From positions 54,436,001 through 54,500,000 of the forward strand of contig OX597832.1 of NCBI GenBank assembly GCA_951406725.2: a DNA stretch of 64,000 bases, read 5' to 3'. The notes under the pieces were generated by a model. The model saw only the letters and a program-made list of their open reading frames with translations, made no database searches and was not told the origin of the DNA. Below, piece by piece: positions 27,108 to 40,822 of the stretch. The first letter of the stretch is position 1; each line of letters opens with the position of its first letter. Made by a program: the position numbers and the translations under genes. This DNA is from Octopus vulgaris (Eukaryota).

Positions 27108-27639
27108 GACATTACATCTGAGACCAATTAGAGTAACATCCAGTAATATCATTTATTGCTTAGGAGCCACAAAATCTTCCTCGTTCACTGGAACAATTAA
27201 TTGATTTTTCGTTATCCTATAATTTATCTTACGCTGCTGATATTCAGCATCTGTAATATGCTACCATGTACTCTATGCTGCTGTGCTACTGATATCTAAA
27301 AATCTATAATATGCTACTGTTTATTCCATGGCCCTGATATCCAGCAATCATAGTATGTAACCATTTATTCCATGCCATTTATATCTAGCATCCACCAGTT
27401 GAGTATCTAAGAGAGAAAGAAGCAAAGATAAAGGTAAACCACTGTAGCCTATGGGTTAATGTGCATATAGACACATGCAGGCAATGTGTTCGTGCGCACG
27501 CACACACACACACATATGGAGACACACATATACATACACACGCACATGGACACAGACACACACATGCACAAACACATAGATAGACAGATACAGACACAGA
27601 CACACATGAACACAGACACACACAGGGACATAGACAGAC

Positions 27640-27952
27640 ACACACTCAGAAGCAACACAGACACCTATAGACAGACAGACAGACACACACACACACAATA
27701 CAGATAGATGCACAAACACAGTATATATACACACACACACATGTGCATGCATACACACACACACAAATACATACACACACTCAGATCAACAAACACCTAC
27801 AGACAGACAGACAGATACACTCACACACAATTTAGATAGATGCTCAAACACAGTACACACACACACACACAGAGACTCAAATCAACAGACATCTATAGAC
27901 AGACAGACACACATACACACACACACTCAAATCAACAGACACCTATAGACAG

Positions 27953-27988
<36 letters not shown>

Positions 27989-28012
27989 AAATCAACAGAC
28001 ACCTATAGACAG

Positions 28013-28049
<37 letters not shown>

Positions 28050-28235
28050 ATAGATAGATGCTCAAACAGTGCACACACACACACACACACACACACTCAG
28101 GTCAACAGACATCTATAGACAAATAGACAGACAGACACACACCCACACACACTCAAATCAACAGACACCTACAGACAGACACACACACACACACACACTC
28201 AAATCAACAGACACCTATAGATAGACAGACAGACA

Positions 28236-28271
<36 letters not shown>

Positions 28272-28370
28272 TCAACAGACACCTATAGACAGACAGACAG
28301 ACAGATACACACACACACTCAGATCAACAGACACCTATAGACACACACACCCACACACACACACACATCT
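27640..28370. repeat. Compound minisatellite: CTCAAATCAACAGACACCTATAGACAGAC + variable (AC)n
   Basis: About 10 recurrences of the anchor motif. Confidence 0.85.
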
Positions 28371-28445
28371 ATGCATACAGCACCAGCTTATTTTGCTTGC
28401 TCTTTAATTAACGTCCTGCATTGAATCCAATGTGCCTCTCCTTAC

Positions 28446-28670
28446 CGCCAGACCGTTTCCACAGTCGGTAAGTACCCTCTCACATTACAGTTATCGAGGG
28501 TGAGCACTTTTGTTTCCCAATCACAAGAACCAACATTGTTGCTCTATGCCATTTCTAGAACAAATATTTAAAGAAACCATTCGATATACATTCACAACAA
28601 TTAACAAAAGGAGTCAATGCTGAATCCACCCAGTTTGTTCAAAGTCGACGGAGAGTTTCAATTAATAATT
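28446..28670 (-). other. Candidate non-coding exon
   Basis: Minus strand: T-rich tract ...CACGTTTTCAG| acceptor and GCG|GTAAGG donor; stops in all frames. Confidence 0.35.
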
Positions 28671-28764
28671 CTGAAAACGTGATATTTCCCAACAACAGAT
28701 AACGAAGACAGAAATTACAAATATAAAAACAAAAAAAAAACAAAATAAAGAACTAAAACTGAAG

Positions 28765-29185
28765 AGGCGTAGGAGTGGCTGTGTGGTAAGTAGCTTGCTT
28801 AACCAACCACATGGTTCCGGGTTCAGTCCCACTGCGTGGCATCTTGGGCAAGTGTCTTCTGCTATAGCCCCGGGCCGACCAATGCCTTGTGAGTGGATTT
28901 GGTAGACGGAAACTGAAAGAAGCCTGTGTCGTATATATGTATATATATATATGTGTGTATGTGTGTGTGTGTTTGTGTGTCTGTGTTTGTCCCCCTAGCA
29001 TTGCTTGACAACCAATGCTGGTGTGTTTACGTCCCCCGTCACTTAGCGGTTCAGCAAAAGAGACCGATAAAATATGTACTGGGCTTACAAAGAATAAGTC
29101 CCGGGGACGATTTGCTCGATTAAAGGCGGTGCTCCAGCATGGCCGCAGCCAAATGACTGAAACAAGTAAAAGAGTAAAAGAGTAA
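28765..29185 (+). mobile_element. SINE family A, full length
   Basis: Consensus match. Confidence 0.88.
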
Positions 29186-29816
29186 GAGAGAAATAAATTT
29201 GCATTTGTTTTGTCTTCATGGTTTCCACTGGTTCCTTCCAGTCTTTCAAGCTAAAATTTATGTCCATATATTATCACATTATAACGAAGTAATATTAACG
29301 ATTCACAGATTTTTTTCCCCCTCTGTTTCCGACCAGAAGTTTTCCTGTTTCAATAGCATTTATGGTCAGTTTTAATACCACAACACCTCCTGCTGCATTC
29401 CAATAATTAATCCAATTTAGGGAGGCCTCAGCTGGGATGAAGATGGGTGGGCGTAAGATAATTAGATATAATGTACAATGTTATAAAAACGCATCGCCTC
29501 CCACCACAGTGGTAACTTTAAGCCTCCTACCACACAGAATCATTCCAGGCAATGACTTACCTCCCACTCCTCCCTTTTATCGCATAGCAACAGTTAAGCT
29601 TGCTTCCAAACCACATGGTTCTGGGTTCAGTTCCACAGCATGGCACCTTGTGCAAGTGTCTTCAACTAAAGCCCCAGGCTGACCAAAGCCTTGTGAGTGG
29701 ATTTGGTAAGCGGAAACTGAAAGAAACCCAGCACATAAGTACATATATATTAAAAGGAAGGGTACAATATGTACCTGTTTGCAAACATTTCAGGCCTTGT
29801 GTCTAGAGTAGCAAAG

Positions 29817-29866
<50 letters not shown>

Positions 29867-31127
29867 CTGTTCTCATCTAATCTAACTTATATATACAGTC
29901 CTTGTTTTTCATAGTACTAGTGGCGTTCACATGGGATACTTATGAGGCTGTTTTTAACCCCTTTGTTGCTATAGACGAGAAAACAATGTCCTATGTTTGA
30001 ATGATACATCAAACATGCCACTGTATCAGATAAAGAAACCCTCATAACTCTTTGTAGGATCTACTTTGGAAGTTTCAATAAACTGAGCCCTTCAGTTTTT
30101 GATCCTTTCATGCCTTTCATCATCATCATCGTCATCATTTTAATGTCCACTTTTCCATGCTCATATGGGAATTTGTTGAGATGGACTTTCTATGGATGGA
30201 TGCCCTTCATGTCACCAACTCTCACCAGTTTCAAAGCAAGGCAATACTTCTCCATGGCCAGACATGTTTTCATTGCAGATTGGAAATGAAGGATGCTACT
30301 TGTATGTTGGTGACACTCATTTACAACCATCACAGGATGCCAAGGTAAAGGGGTGGCAACACACACACACACAAACACACACAAACACACAGGTGTATGT
30401 GCACAATTAGCCATGCACATATATGTATGTGCACACATGCCCATACACATACATGTGCACACACATGCATGTACACACACAAGCACAGATGCCCATGCAC
30501 TTACATGTATGTGTACACATGCCCCCACACATACATGTATGTGCACACATGCTCACACACATACATGTATGTGCATATACACATCTGAGCACACACACAC
30601 ACATATATGTGCACACATGCCCACACATACATGTATGTGCACACATACATGTATGTGCACACATACACACAAGTATGTGCACACATGCACATACATGTAC
30701 GTGAACATACACACACACACACATGCAATGGGCTTCTTTCAGTTTTCCCCCTATCAAATCCACTCTAAAGGCTTTAATTGACCCAGCACTATAATACAAG
30801 ATACTCAAACAAGATGCCACGCAGTGGGACTGAACCTGGAACCATGTGGTTAGGAAGCTAACCTCTTACCCCACAGATACACCTGTGCCTAGCAACATCT
30901 GCACCTTTATTTCTAATAAAAGACAACTGTACATTTCGGTTAATTTCCAAAATTACAGGAATTTAGGGGAGGTTTTGTGATGTTTAGTACAACCAACACT
31001 ACCTCCCTATTGTACCTATTTACAACTTGGTGAGTGAGGCAATTAAGAATTTAAGAATGTAATGTGTTTGCCAGGGACAATTTTAAGTCAGTCGACAGTT
31101 TTACTTGAAAGTCAATACATACACATA

Positions 31128-31184
<57 letters not shown>

Positions 31185-31849
31185 ATACACACTATACAGA
31201 CACACACAAACATGTACACCACACACACACACACAGGTGTGCATACCACAAACACAGACAACATACTGTACTCATTCATGGAGACACACATACAAACATA
31301 GACACACACACACATCAACACACCACACATAAACACAAACACATGCATAGACAACACATACACACACACAGAGGCATGCACACACACATACACACACGTA
31401 CACACACACAAAGCTGCAACCCTTTGATTGGTACTTAACTATTGAGCTGTTTTGCTCCTCCCCAGATCTACCCAAATCCACCCTGATCTAACAGACATTT
31501 GATTAAAGGCTTTTGTAAAAGGAGCTCAGTGCGGATTCAAAAAGCGTAAATGGTTTTGTGTGAAAAAGCATAACTTACAAATCTGACATAAAACAGATGA
31601 GATTGAAGTACATTTTAGAGTTGATGTAATTGACCAAGTCTTTGAAGGTTCCAACATAGCTGCTGCTCTTGGAAGGAAAACAGTAAAAGATTAAAAGAAT
31701 ATATGTATGTGTGTAGGTATGTGTGTGCGTGTGTGTGTATGCCTGTATATATATGTGTGTGTGTATGTGTGTGTGAATGTAGGTATATATGTGTGTGCAT
31801 GTGAGAATATATATATACATATATATAATAATGGTAATGGTAAGACAAC

Positions 31850-31995
31850 AACAGAATGAAAGAGACCTCGATATTATGTAAATAGAGGAATTTATTTGTA
31901 ATACAATATGTGACAATTATTCAGTTGCCATGATAAAACTCAGAGTTCCGGATGTCGGGGCGGAGTTTTATCATGGCAACCAAATAATTGTCACA

Positions 31996-32003
<8 letters not shown>
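31850..32003. mobile_element. Penelope-like fold-back remnant (same family as 42881-43170)
   Basis: ATATGTGACAATTATT..GCCATGATAAAACTC / GAGTTTTATCATGGC..AATAATTGTCACATAT inverted arms. Confidence 0.65.
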
Positions 32004-32043
<40 letters not shown>

Positions 32044-32829
32044 GGTGCAGGAGTGGCTGTGTGGTAAGAAGCTTGCTTCCCAACCACATGGTTCTGGGTT
32101 CACTCCCACTGCATAGCACCTTGGGCAAGTGTTTTCTGCTATAACCTCGGGTCAACCAAAACCTTGCGAGTGGATTTGGTAGATGGAAACTGCAAGAAGC
32201 CCATTATATATATATGCATGTGTGTGTGCATATATATATGTGTGTGCATATTAGAATAATTCTCTTCCATCAATTCCCCTGACTTAATTAGGCAGTTTTC
32301 TTTGTTTAATTAATTGATTAATTAATCAATGTTTTTACAACGGATCCATTCCTTAATTGCTAACACATTTAGTGGTATCTCATTTAGTGATAATAATATA
32401 ATATATTAATTAGTTCCAGCAACAAGGCACCTGACATCACAACTTGCAGAATCGGCTGCTGCTACTGCTGCTGCTGCTGTTATTTCTGAGAAAATGGTAT
32501 CTGTAAAAACTGGAACCTGCATCACACTTCAGACAAAAAGGCAAATCCAGAATGTAAAGAGCTGGGGGTAAAATGCCAGATGTACAACCAATGTCTGCCA
32601 GTTAACCACCATAGCTTAGTTTTTCTTTGGGGCTGGCCGTATCGGAGCGATATCGAGGATTAATCAGCCGAAATTGCTAAGATGATCCGGTTCCCGACTG
32701 AAGATTAGAGGCTTCGAATGACCCGTCTGTTTTTTTGTGCCGTCTCTTTGTGCGTTTTTGCGTTCTTGTCCCATTTTGTAATTTATATTTAATTTCTATA
32801 CATATATATATATATATATGTATATATAT

Positions 32830-33059
32830 TCTTTTATGCTTTTACTTGTTTCAGTCATTTGACAGTGGCCATGCTGGAGCACCGCCTTTTAGTCGAACAA
32901 ACTGACCTCAGGACTTATTCTTTGTAAGCCTAGTACTTATTCTATCAGTCTCTTTTTGCTGAACCACTAACTTACAGGGGTGTAAACACACCAGCATCGG
33001 TTGTCAAGCAATGGTGGGGGGGGGGACAAACACAAACACACACACAGCCACACACACAG

Positions 33060-33108
<49 letters not shown>

Positions 33109-33553
33109 AGACGGCTTCTTTCAGTTTCCATCAACCAAATCCACTCACAAGGTTTTGGTTGGCCTGAGGCTATAGTAGAAGAGACTTGCATGGATCAGAT
33201 GAACTTTACTGAGGAAGATTTTCTATGGCCAGATGCCTTTCCTATTACTAACCTTCACATTTCTGAACACAGTAACCCCATGGCCAAACATTTTATTGCA
33301 GAATATTGGAGATAAATTACACTGCTTGTATGACAGTGACACTCCTTTACAATTACCACACGATGTCAAAACAAGGACACCACCCTCGCCACACATACAC
33401 AAGATGGACTTCTTTCAGTTTCCATCAACCAAGTTTTGGTTGGTTCGGGGCTATAATAGAAGACACTTGTCCAAGGTGCCACACAGTGGGATTGACCCCA
33501 GAACCATGTGGTTGGGAAGCAGACTTCTTACCACAGAGCCATATCTGTGCCTA
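32830..33553 (-). mobile_element. Family A SINE pieces plus a decayed RTE-tail-like insert
   Basis: Consensus segments at 32830-33190 and 33405-33553. Confidence 0.65.
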
Positions 33554-33600
33554 ATACACACAACCAATACACCCCACCCCCCACCTCCCACACGTGTGTA

Positions 33601-34737
33601 TAAAATTGGTTATATCTGAAAGAAGAGGGATAAACAACATTAGTAAACAACTGAATTAAAAAGATTGGTTGTGGAACTAATTCCAAGAAAGAAAGTGAAA
33701 AAAAAAAAAACCGAAATGAGAAGAATTTACCAAAATTTGGAGAATTTATTCCTCTGGCATTTATGCTATTTTTCAGCTACTTCCCTTATCCAGAATATTC
33801 CGCAGAGATTATCACATGACAACCACCAGAGAGTAGATTGGTTTATCTCTAAGAACGGCTGTCAGAGAATATTTAATTCATCAATTTGTCCCGTTTCCAA
33901 TCAATTTTTTTTCTCAATAAATGACCATTATTGTGATCAATGGGATAGTGAAGAAATCTCTTCCACAACCTACATCATCACTACCACCACCACCACAACC
34001 ATCACCACAACCATCATCATCATCATTGACATCACCATCACTATCACCATCATCTATTTAAGAAACTAATGCTAAATTCATTTTTCCAACAAAACTGACC
34101 AAAATCAATGGACCATGATTCCATTTTGATGGAATCTTGTGGCTGAAGGCACTGAAACCCCTGGCCTTGAGGGGTCCTTCAAGATGAGTGGGACCAACAA
34201 AGATAAGGTCTCTCTTGAATAGTTAATTACAACAAAGGGAATTTTGCAGGACTTCTTGTTTCTTAAATAGAAGATAGTGGTTGTGGCAATAGTGGTGGTT
34301 GTGGAGGCAGTGATGATAGTTGAGGGGGTGGTGATGATGGTGGTGCTGATGGGGGTGGTGATGATGAAGGTAGTGATAATGATGGTGATGATGACAATGA
34401 TAATGATAATGATGATGATGATGATGATGGTGATGATGACGATGATGATAGCATGGTGGCAAGATATGGCGAGAAAGAATAGAATTCCTCAATGTTCCAT
34501 TGATTACAATAATATTTATGTATCGAGAATAAAAAATTGATTGGGGACAGAACAAACTAATGAGCCAAAAATTCTCTGATAGCCATTCTCTAAGATAAAC
34601 AAATCTATTCTACGGTGGTTGTCATGTGATAATCTCTGCAGAATATTCTGGATAAAGCAAGCAGCTGAAGAATAGCATGGATGTCAGGGGAATAAATTCT
34701 CTCCAAATTTTGGTAAATTCTTCATTTCCTCTTTTTC

Positions 34738-34769
<32 letters not shown>

Positions 34770-34860
34770 AGAATTAGTTCTACTGTCAGTCTTCGTAGAC
34801 CATTAACCAAACAGTTGTTAACTAATTGGCTCCAGTTGTTACAGATATAATGAATTTTTT
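33601..34860. repeat. Long inverted duplication (arms 33601-34066 and 34258-34860, spacer about 190 bp)
   Basis: GAATTTACCAAAATTTGGAGA..TATCCAGAATATTC.GCAGAGATTATCACATGACAACCACC matches the reverse complement of 34614-34723. Confidence 0.9.
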
Positions 34861-34924
34861 ATACATATATATATATATATATACATACATATATACATAC
34901 TAAAACTGCTAACTCTGCTTAAGA

Positions 34925-35992
34925 AGAGCCTGGGCAAAATTCAGAAAGCTCTTGCTTGTGCTGTGACAAAGGGCCTCTCACTCAGAGTAAAAGGTAGACT
35001 GTATGATACATGTGTACGAAGAGCAATGCTACATGGCAGTGAAACATGGGCCATGACTGCTGAAGACATGCGTAAGCTCGCAAGGAATGAAGCCAGTATG
35101 AACCGATGGATGTGTAATGTCAGTGTGCATACTCGACAGAGTGTTAGTGCCCTGAGAGAAAAGTTGGACCTAAGAAGCATCAGATGTGGTATGCAAGAGA
35201 GATGACTGCGCTGGTATGGTCATGTGGCAAGAATGGATGAGGATTGCTGTGTGAAAAAGTGCCACACCCTAGCGGTTGAAGGAACCTATTGAAGAGGTAG
35301 ACTCAGGAAGACCTGGGATGAAGTAGTGAAGCATGACCTTTGACCATTAGGCCTCACCGAGGCAATGACTAGTGACTGGGACCTTTGGAAATATGCTGTG
35401 CTTGAGAAGACCCAGCCAGCCAAGTGAGACCATATCCTCGTGGCCTATACCAGGGGTGTAACCAGCCCACTTATGCGTACCTTTCCCTCACTGGACACCA
35501 AACTCTGCTTGCAAAGACCTGTTGAGGCAAGTGAAATCGAAATTGAAATCAAATTCGATGACTGGCATCCATGCTAGTGGACCGCTAAGAGCATCATCCG
35601 AGTGTGATTGTTGCTAGAGCAGCAAACTGGCTTCTGTGCTGATGGCATGTAAAAAGCACCATTCAAGCGTGATCAGTGGCATGTGAAAAAACATTCGAGC
35701 GAGGTCAATGCCAGTGCCGCTGGACTGGATCCTGTGCAGGTGGCACATAAAAAGCACCACTTTAGCGTGGCCGTTGCCAGTACCACCTGATTGGCCTTCG
35801 TGCCGTTGGCACGTAAAAGCCCCCACTACACTCTTGGAATGGTTGGCATTAGGAAGGGTATCCAGCTGTAGAAACTCTGCCAGATCAGATTGGAGCCTGG
35901 TGCAGCCATCTGGTTTGCCAGTCCTCAGTCAAATCGTCCAACCCATGCTAGCATGGAAAGCGGACGTTAAACGATGATGATGATGATGATGA
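34925..35992 (+). mobile_element. Decayed RTE LINE 3' part
   Basis: ORF 34963: KGLSLRVKGRLYDTCVRRAMLHGSETWAM; 3' UTR repeats and (GAT)n tail. Confidence 0.85.
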
Positions 35993-36754
35993 TATATATA
36001 TATATATATCGTCTTGCAGGTGTTTGTAGGTTTGCAGGCTGCATGGTGACTTCCCTAATGCTGGCATCATGAAAAACCAAGCACCCAGTACACCACTGTA
36101 AAGTGGTTGGCATTAAGAAGGGCATCCAGCCATAGAAACCTGGTTTTTATAGTTTTTATAGTTGGATGTTAAATGATAATGATGATGATGAAAGCTTTCA
36201 TTGTGAGGGCTACAGTTGGAGGGTGAGAGTGAGAAGTAGGGAGAAGCAAGAGGTGTTGTTGCTGTTGGTGGTGGTGCTGGTGGTGGTGCTGATGGTGGCA
36301 GTGTTGATGGTGGTGGTGGGAGAGGAAGAAGATAAGTATATATTATGCATGCATGTATGTATATATGTATGTATGCATGCATGTATTTATGTATGCATGC
36401 ATATATGCATGTATCTATACATGCATATATATATGCATGTATGTATCTATGGATGCATGTGTGTGTGTGTGTGTGTGTTATTGTCTCCTTCCTTTGACAT
36501 TGCGTGTAAGTTGTAAACGAGTGCCACTGTCATACAAGTGGTATCCTTCATTTCCAATCTTCCATGAAAACAAGTCTGGCCATGGAACAATATCCTCTGA
36601 CTCGGAAACAGGTGAAGATTGGTGACAGGAAGGGCATCCAACTGCCCAAAATCCACCTCAACAAATTCAGTCTAACCCATGCAAACATAGAAAAGTGAAT
36701 ATTAAAACGTTGATGACAACAACAAAGATGAGGAAATAAATAAATAAATAAATG

Positions 36755-37000
36755 CGCCCTTTTAAAGCCCAGCCAGGCTCATGGGACGGTTTCCCGGTTT
36801 CAATGGTGTATGTGTACCCCAGCTGGATGGGACACCAGTCCATCGCAGCGTTACTCATTTTTGCCAGCTGAGTGTACTGGAGCAGCATGAAATGAAGTGT
36901 CTTGCTCAAGAACACAACGCATTGCCCGGTCCAGGAATCGAAACCACAATCTTACAACCATGATGCTGACACCCTAACCACTAAGCCATGCGCCTCCACT
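36755..37000 (-). mobile_element. SINE family C
   Basis: Minus-strand head GGAGGCGCATGGCTTAGTGGTTAGGG; flanking repeat TGAGGAAATAA. Confidence 0.8.
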
Positions 37001-37664
37001 GAGGAAATAATACTTTGAATAATTTCGGTGATAAAGTCTTCTCTGATGCATTTTATTTCAAGAATCTTATTCTTGGTTAAGTTCTTGATTTTATATTCGT
37101 CACATGTTTGGCCAGGTGTCGTTAGCCATTCATTATAACAACTTCTCATGATAAACCAGTCGAGTGTGAGAATGTTCATTATCTGTTGGTTTATTCAGTT
37201 TTTAAACTTGTCATTGACAAATTCTTGCCATGCATCAAATTTCTATTTTGAAAGAAAACAAAGCACAGGAAACTTCACTGACAAACGAGAACTGTTTACC
37301 TGTTAATAAAGTTGGCTTTTAAAGATGATGAATAAGAATATCATAGAGTACAAACACTTTTAAATTGATACTATTAGGTATAGAGACACTATAGAGTGTA
37401 CAAACACTAATATATGACACAGAAAACAGACAGTAATTATGATTACATAGAGTAAAGGGTAAAAGACTCCCCTTTGGTCATGAATGACCATGGGATTGCA
37501 CCTAGAATGCTCCCCTAAGGGTAAGCTTGTTTTTAATGGAAGACCAGCAGTTGCCCATGCATATCAGTCTCTTCTCTCCACACCATTATATGCACATAGG
37601 GTAAAGGGTAAAACCCCCTTTGTTCATGAATTATTTTAGCATTTTCTATCTTGACTTTTTTTCC

Positions 37665-37727
<63 letters not shown>

Positions 37728-38101
37728 TGTGTTTGTCCCCCTATATGTTGTAAGGTAGTTGGTGTTAGGACGGGGGCATCCAGCTGTAGGAACTGTACCA
37801 TAGCAAACATTAGAGCACAATGTACTCCTCAGACTTGTCAGATCCTGGCAAACCTTTCCACCCATGCCAGCCCCATTCAGTCAAAGGGGTCTTATTCCTG
37901 CAAGCTGCATGATGATCTCACTAGTGCTAGTGCAATGAAAAAAAGTATCCAGTACACTCTATAAAGTGGTTGGCATTAGGAGAGAGGCATTCATTCAACC
38001 ATAGACACCAGGCCAGAAATGAGACATTGGAGCGAGATGTGGTCCCCCAGGTTGTTGTATAAAGGTAAAGTAGAGTTAACTTCTCAAGTCATGCTAACTC
38101 A

Positions 38102-38599
38102 TGTAGCGGAACAAGCAGTCAGTGCCATATTGGATGAGATCTTGCAGCAGCCATTGCCATAGTCGAGACTGGGGCGAGACCTCACCTGCGTCCATTTGCC
38201 ATGCACAAGATCACAACGAGGCTCGCAATAGCAAAACTGTATAAAAGGGCAAAACAGATTGAGATTCTCTCCCCTCTTTTGCTGCCTCTCTTTCCACCTC
38301 TTAGCAGCAGCACTTGCTGATTGCACTCTATTGGCAGGGCCTGTCTGTATGTTGTACCTCCAGAGGCAATGTGCCCGCACTAACGGAGCTACTACACAAC
38401 GCATACAGCTAAAGATGGTAGCTAAGAGCAGCACACTTCACCTGTCCTGTGAAACTGGTAAATAAACCGGTTGTAAATTGCATTTGCACTTGAAGTCTTC
38501 TTTCTTCACCTGCTGGAGCCTGAACTACACAAAGAACAAAAAGTGATAATGGAAGAAGGCGATATTCTCCCGATATCGTAAATCTTGCCATCCATTATA
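38102..38599 (+). mobile_element. Solo LTR (Gypsy-like, 4-bp TSD) inserted into a SINE tail
   Basis: Starts TGTAGCGGA, ends TCCATTATA (transition-decayed TCCGCTACA); TATAAAAG at about 38239, AATAAA at 38461; TSD CTCA/TTCA. Confidence 0.65.
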
Positions 38600-38624
38600 T
38601 TCATAAAGGCCGGAGTCCCAGTTT

Positions 38625-38940
38625 CATCATCATCATCATCATTTAACATCCGTTTTCCATGCTAGCATGGGTTGGACGGTTTTGACTGAGGGCTGGCAAC
38701 CAGATGGCTGCACCAGGCTCCAGTCTTGATCTGGCAGTGTTTCTACCGCTGGATGCCCTTCCTAATGCCAACCACTCCGAGAGTGTAGTGGGAGCTTTTT
38801 ACGTGCCACCTGCATGGGGGCCAGCCAGGCAGTACTGGCAATGACCTCACTCAAATCTTTTTACATGTGCCACCGACACAGGTGCCAGTGAAGCGACGTT
38901 GGTAACGATCACGCTCGAATGGTGCCCTTTTACGTGCCAT
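38625..38940 (-). mobile_element. RTE-type 3' tail
   Basis: Reverse complement of consensus tail. Confidence 0.75.
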
Positions 38941-39255
38941 CCCCACCTGGACGGGATGTCAGTCCATCATAAGATTACTCACTTTTTCCCAGCTGAGTGG
39001 ACTGGGGCAATGTGAAATGAAGTGTTTTTCCCAAGAATACAACGCATTGCCCAGTCCAGGAATTGAAACCACAATCTTATGGTCATGAGCCCAACACCAT
39101 AACCACTAAGCCACGTGCCTACACTATGTTGAATCCTGTTTAACTGTCCAACCCATGCCAGCATGGAACAGGAACTTTAAATGATGATGGTGGTGATAGC
39201 TATTTAACATTACATATTAAAATGTAAGACATTATATATATTAACATTACATATA

Positions 39256-39640
39256 GGTGCAGGAGCAGCTGTGTGGTAAGTAGCTTGCTTACCAACCACA
39301 TGGTTCTGGGTTCAGTCCCACTGCATAGCATCGTGGCCAAGTGTCTTCTACTATAGCTTCAGGCCGACTAAAGCCTTGTGAATGGATTTGGTAGACAGAA
39401 ACTCAAAGAAGCCTGTCGTATGTGTGTGTGTGTGTGTGTCTGTGTTTGTCCCCCTACCATCACTTGACAACCAATGTTGGTGTGTTTACGTCCCCGTAAC
39501 TTAACGGTTCAGCAAAACAGACCGATAGGGTAAGTACTATGCTTACAAAGAATAAGTCCTAGGGTCAATTTGTTCGACTAAAAGTTGTTGCTCCAGCATG
39601 GCCACCGTCAAATGACTGAAACAAATAAAAGAATAAAAAA
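39256..39640 (+). mobile_element. SINE family A
   Basis: Consensus match. Confidence 0.85.
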
Positions 39641-39915
39641 AGAAAGAATATATACAAAATTGACTTGTGTGCTGGAAAATATGATAAAGAGTTTCAGTTT
39701 GGCATCAGTCAATTTGGTGCTGGCTTTTCAAATTTTTTTTTTTTTGTCTTTTAGAATCCTGTAATCTCTTTGTCTAAATTTCAGTTTGAAAACAACTGGA
39801 GTTCTTTTTATTTATTTCCTAACAATAATATCCTTTTATGGTAATCTATTCAGCATTTTATTATTATCTTAGAATTTCTTCTGTTTTCTTGTTTGAGAAC
39901 ACACCAAAAACTGAA

Positions 39916-40480
39916 TTCACAACAGAAATATTCTTTTCTACTCTTGCCTGCTTGCCACATTTCACAACAGAAATATTCTTTTCTATTCTATGCGCAAAGC
40001 CCGAAATTCTTGGGGAGGGGGCCAGTTAATTAGATAGACCTCAGTATGCAACTGGTACTTAATTTATCGACCCTGAAAGGATGAAAGGCTAAGTCAACCT
40101 CAGCAGAATTTGAACTCAGAATGTTAAGACAAACGAAATACCACTAAGCATTTTGCCCGGCGTGCTAATGTCTCTGCCTGCTTGCCACCTTTCACAACAG
40201 AAATATTCTTTTCTATTCTAGGCACAAGACCTGAAATTTTTGGGGAGGTGGTCAGGCGATTAAATAGACCCCAGTACGCTACTGGCACTTAATTTATTGA
40301 CCCTGAAAGGATGAAAAGTAAAGTTGATCTCGGCAGAATACCACTAAGGCCTGAAATTTTTGGGGAGGTGGTCAGGTGATTAGATAGACCCCAGTATGCA
40401 ACTGGTACTTAATTTATCGACCCTGAAAGGATAAAAGGCAAAGTCAACCTCAATGGAATTTGTATACTACAGAAATATTA
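39916..40480 (-). mobile_element. Tandem array of family B1 SINEs separated by repeated TTCACAACAGAAATATT
   Basis: Spacer at about 39916, 39961, 40191; three SINE cores. Confidence 0.75.
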
Positions 40481-40822
40481 CAACAGTTCAGGGCATCACA
40501 GTTATGTACCCTTGTTACTCATCCTCATCATTTTAACGTCCACTTTTCCATGCTTGCATGGGTCAGATGGAATTTGTTGACACAGATTCTTTTAAAGCTG
40601 GATGCCGTTTCTTTTGCCAGTCCTCGCCCGCTTCCAAGCAAAATTGTTGTAAATAAATCTCATTATTTCCAAGATTCTGTAAAACCATGTCTGGTCATGT
40701 GGAAACATTACCTTGTTTGGAAACAGGTGAAGGTTAGCAACAAGAAGGGGCATATAGCTGTAGAAAATCTACTTCAGTAAATTTCATCTGGCCTATGCAA
40801 TCATAGAAAAAGGGAATATTAA

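Noticed and set aside
28440-28475. Plus-strand 3-nt or 16-nt microexon (CCACAG-TCG-GTAAGT)
   Set aside because: No flanking plus-strand coding exons found; overlaps the minus-strand candidate exon; cannot be supported without reads.
33665-34069. 134-aa ORF and shared peptide YPEYSAEIIT in the inverted-repeat arms
   Set aside because: Frames break differently in the two arms and no domain is recognisable.
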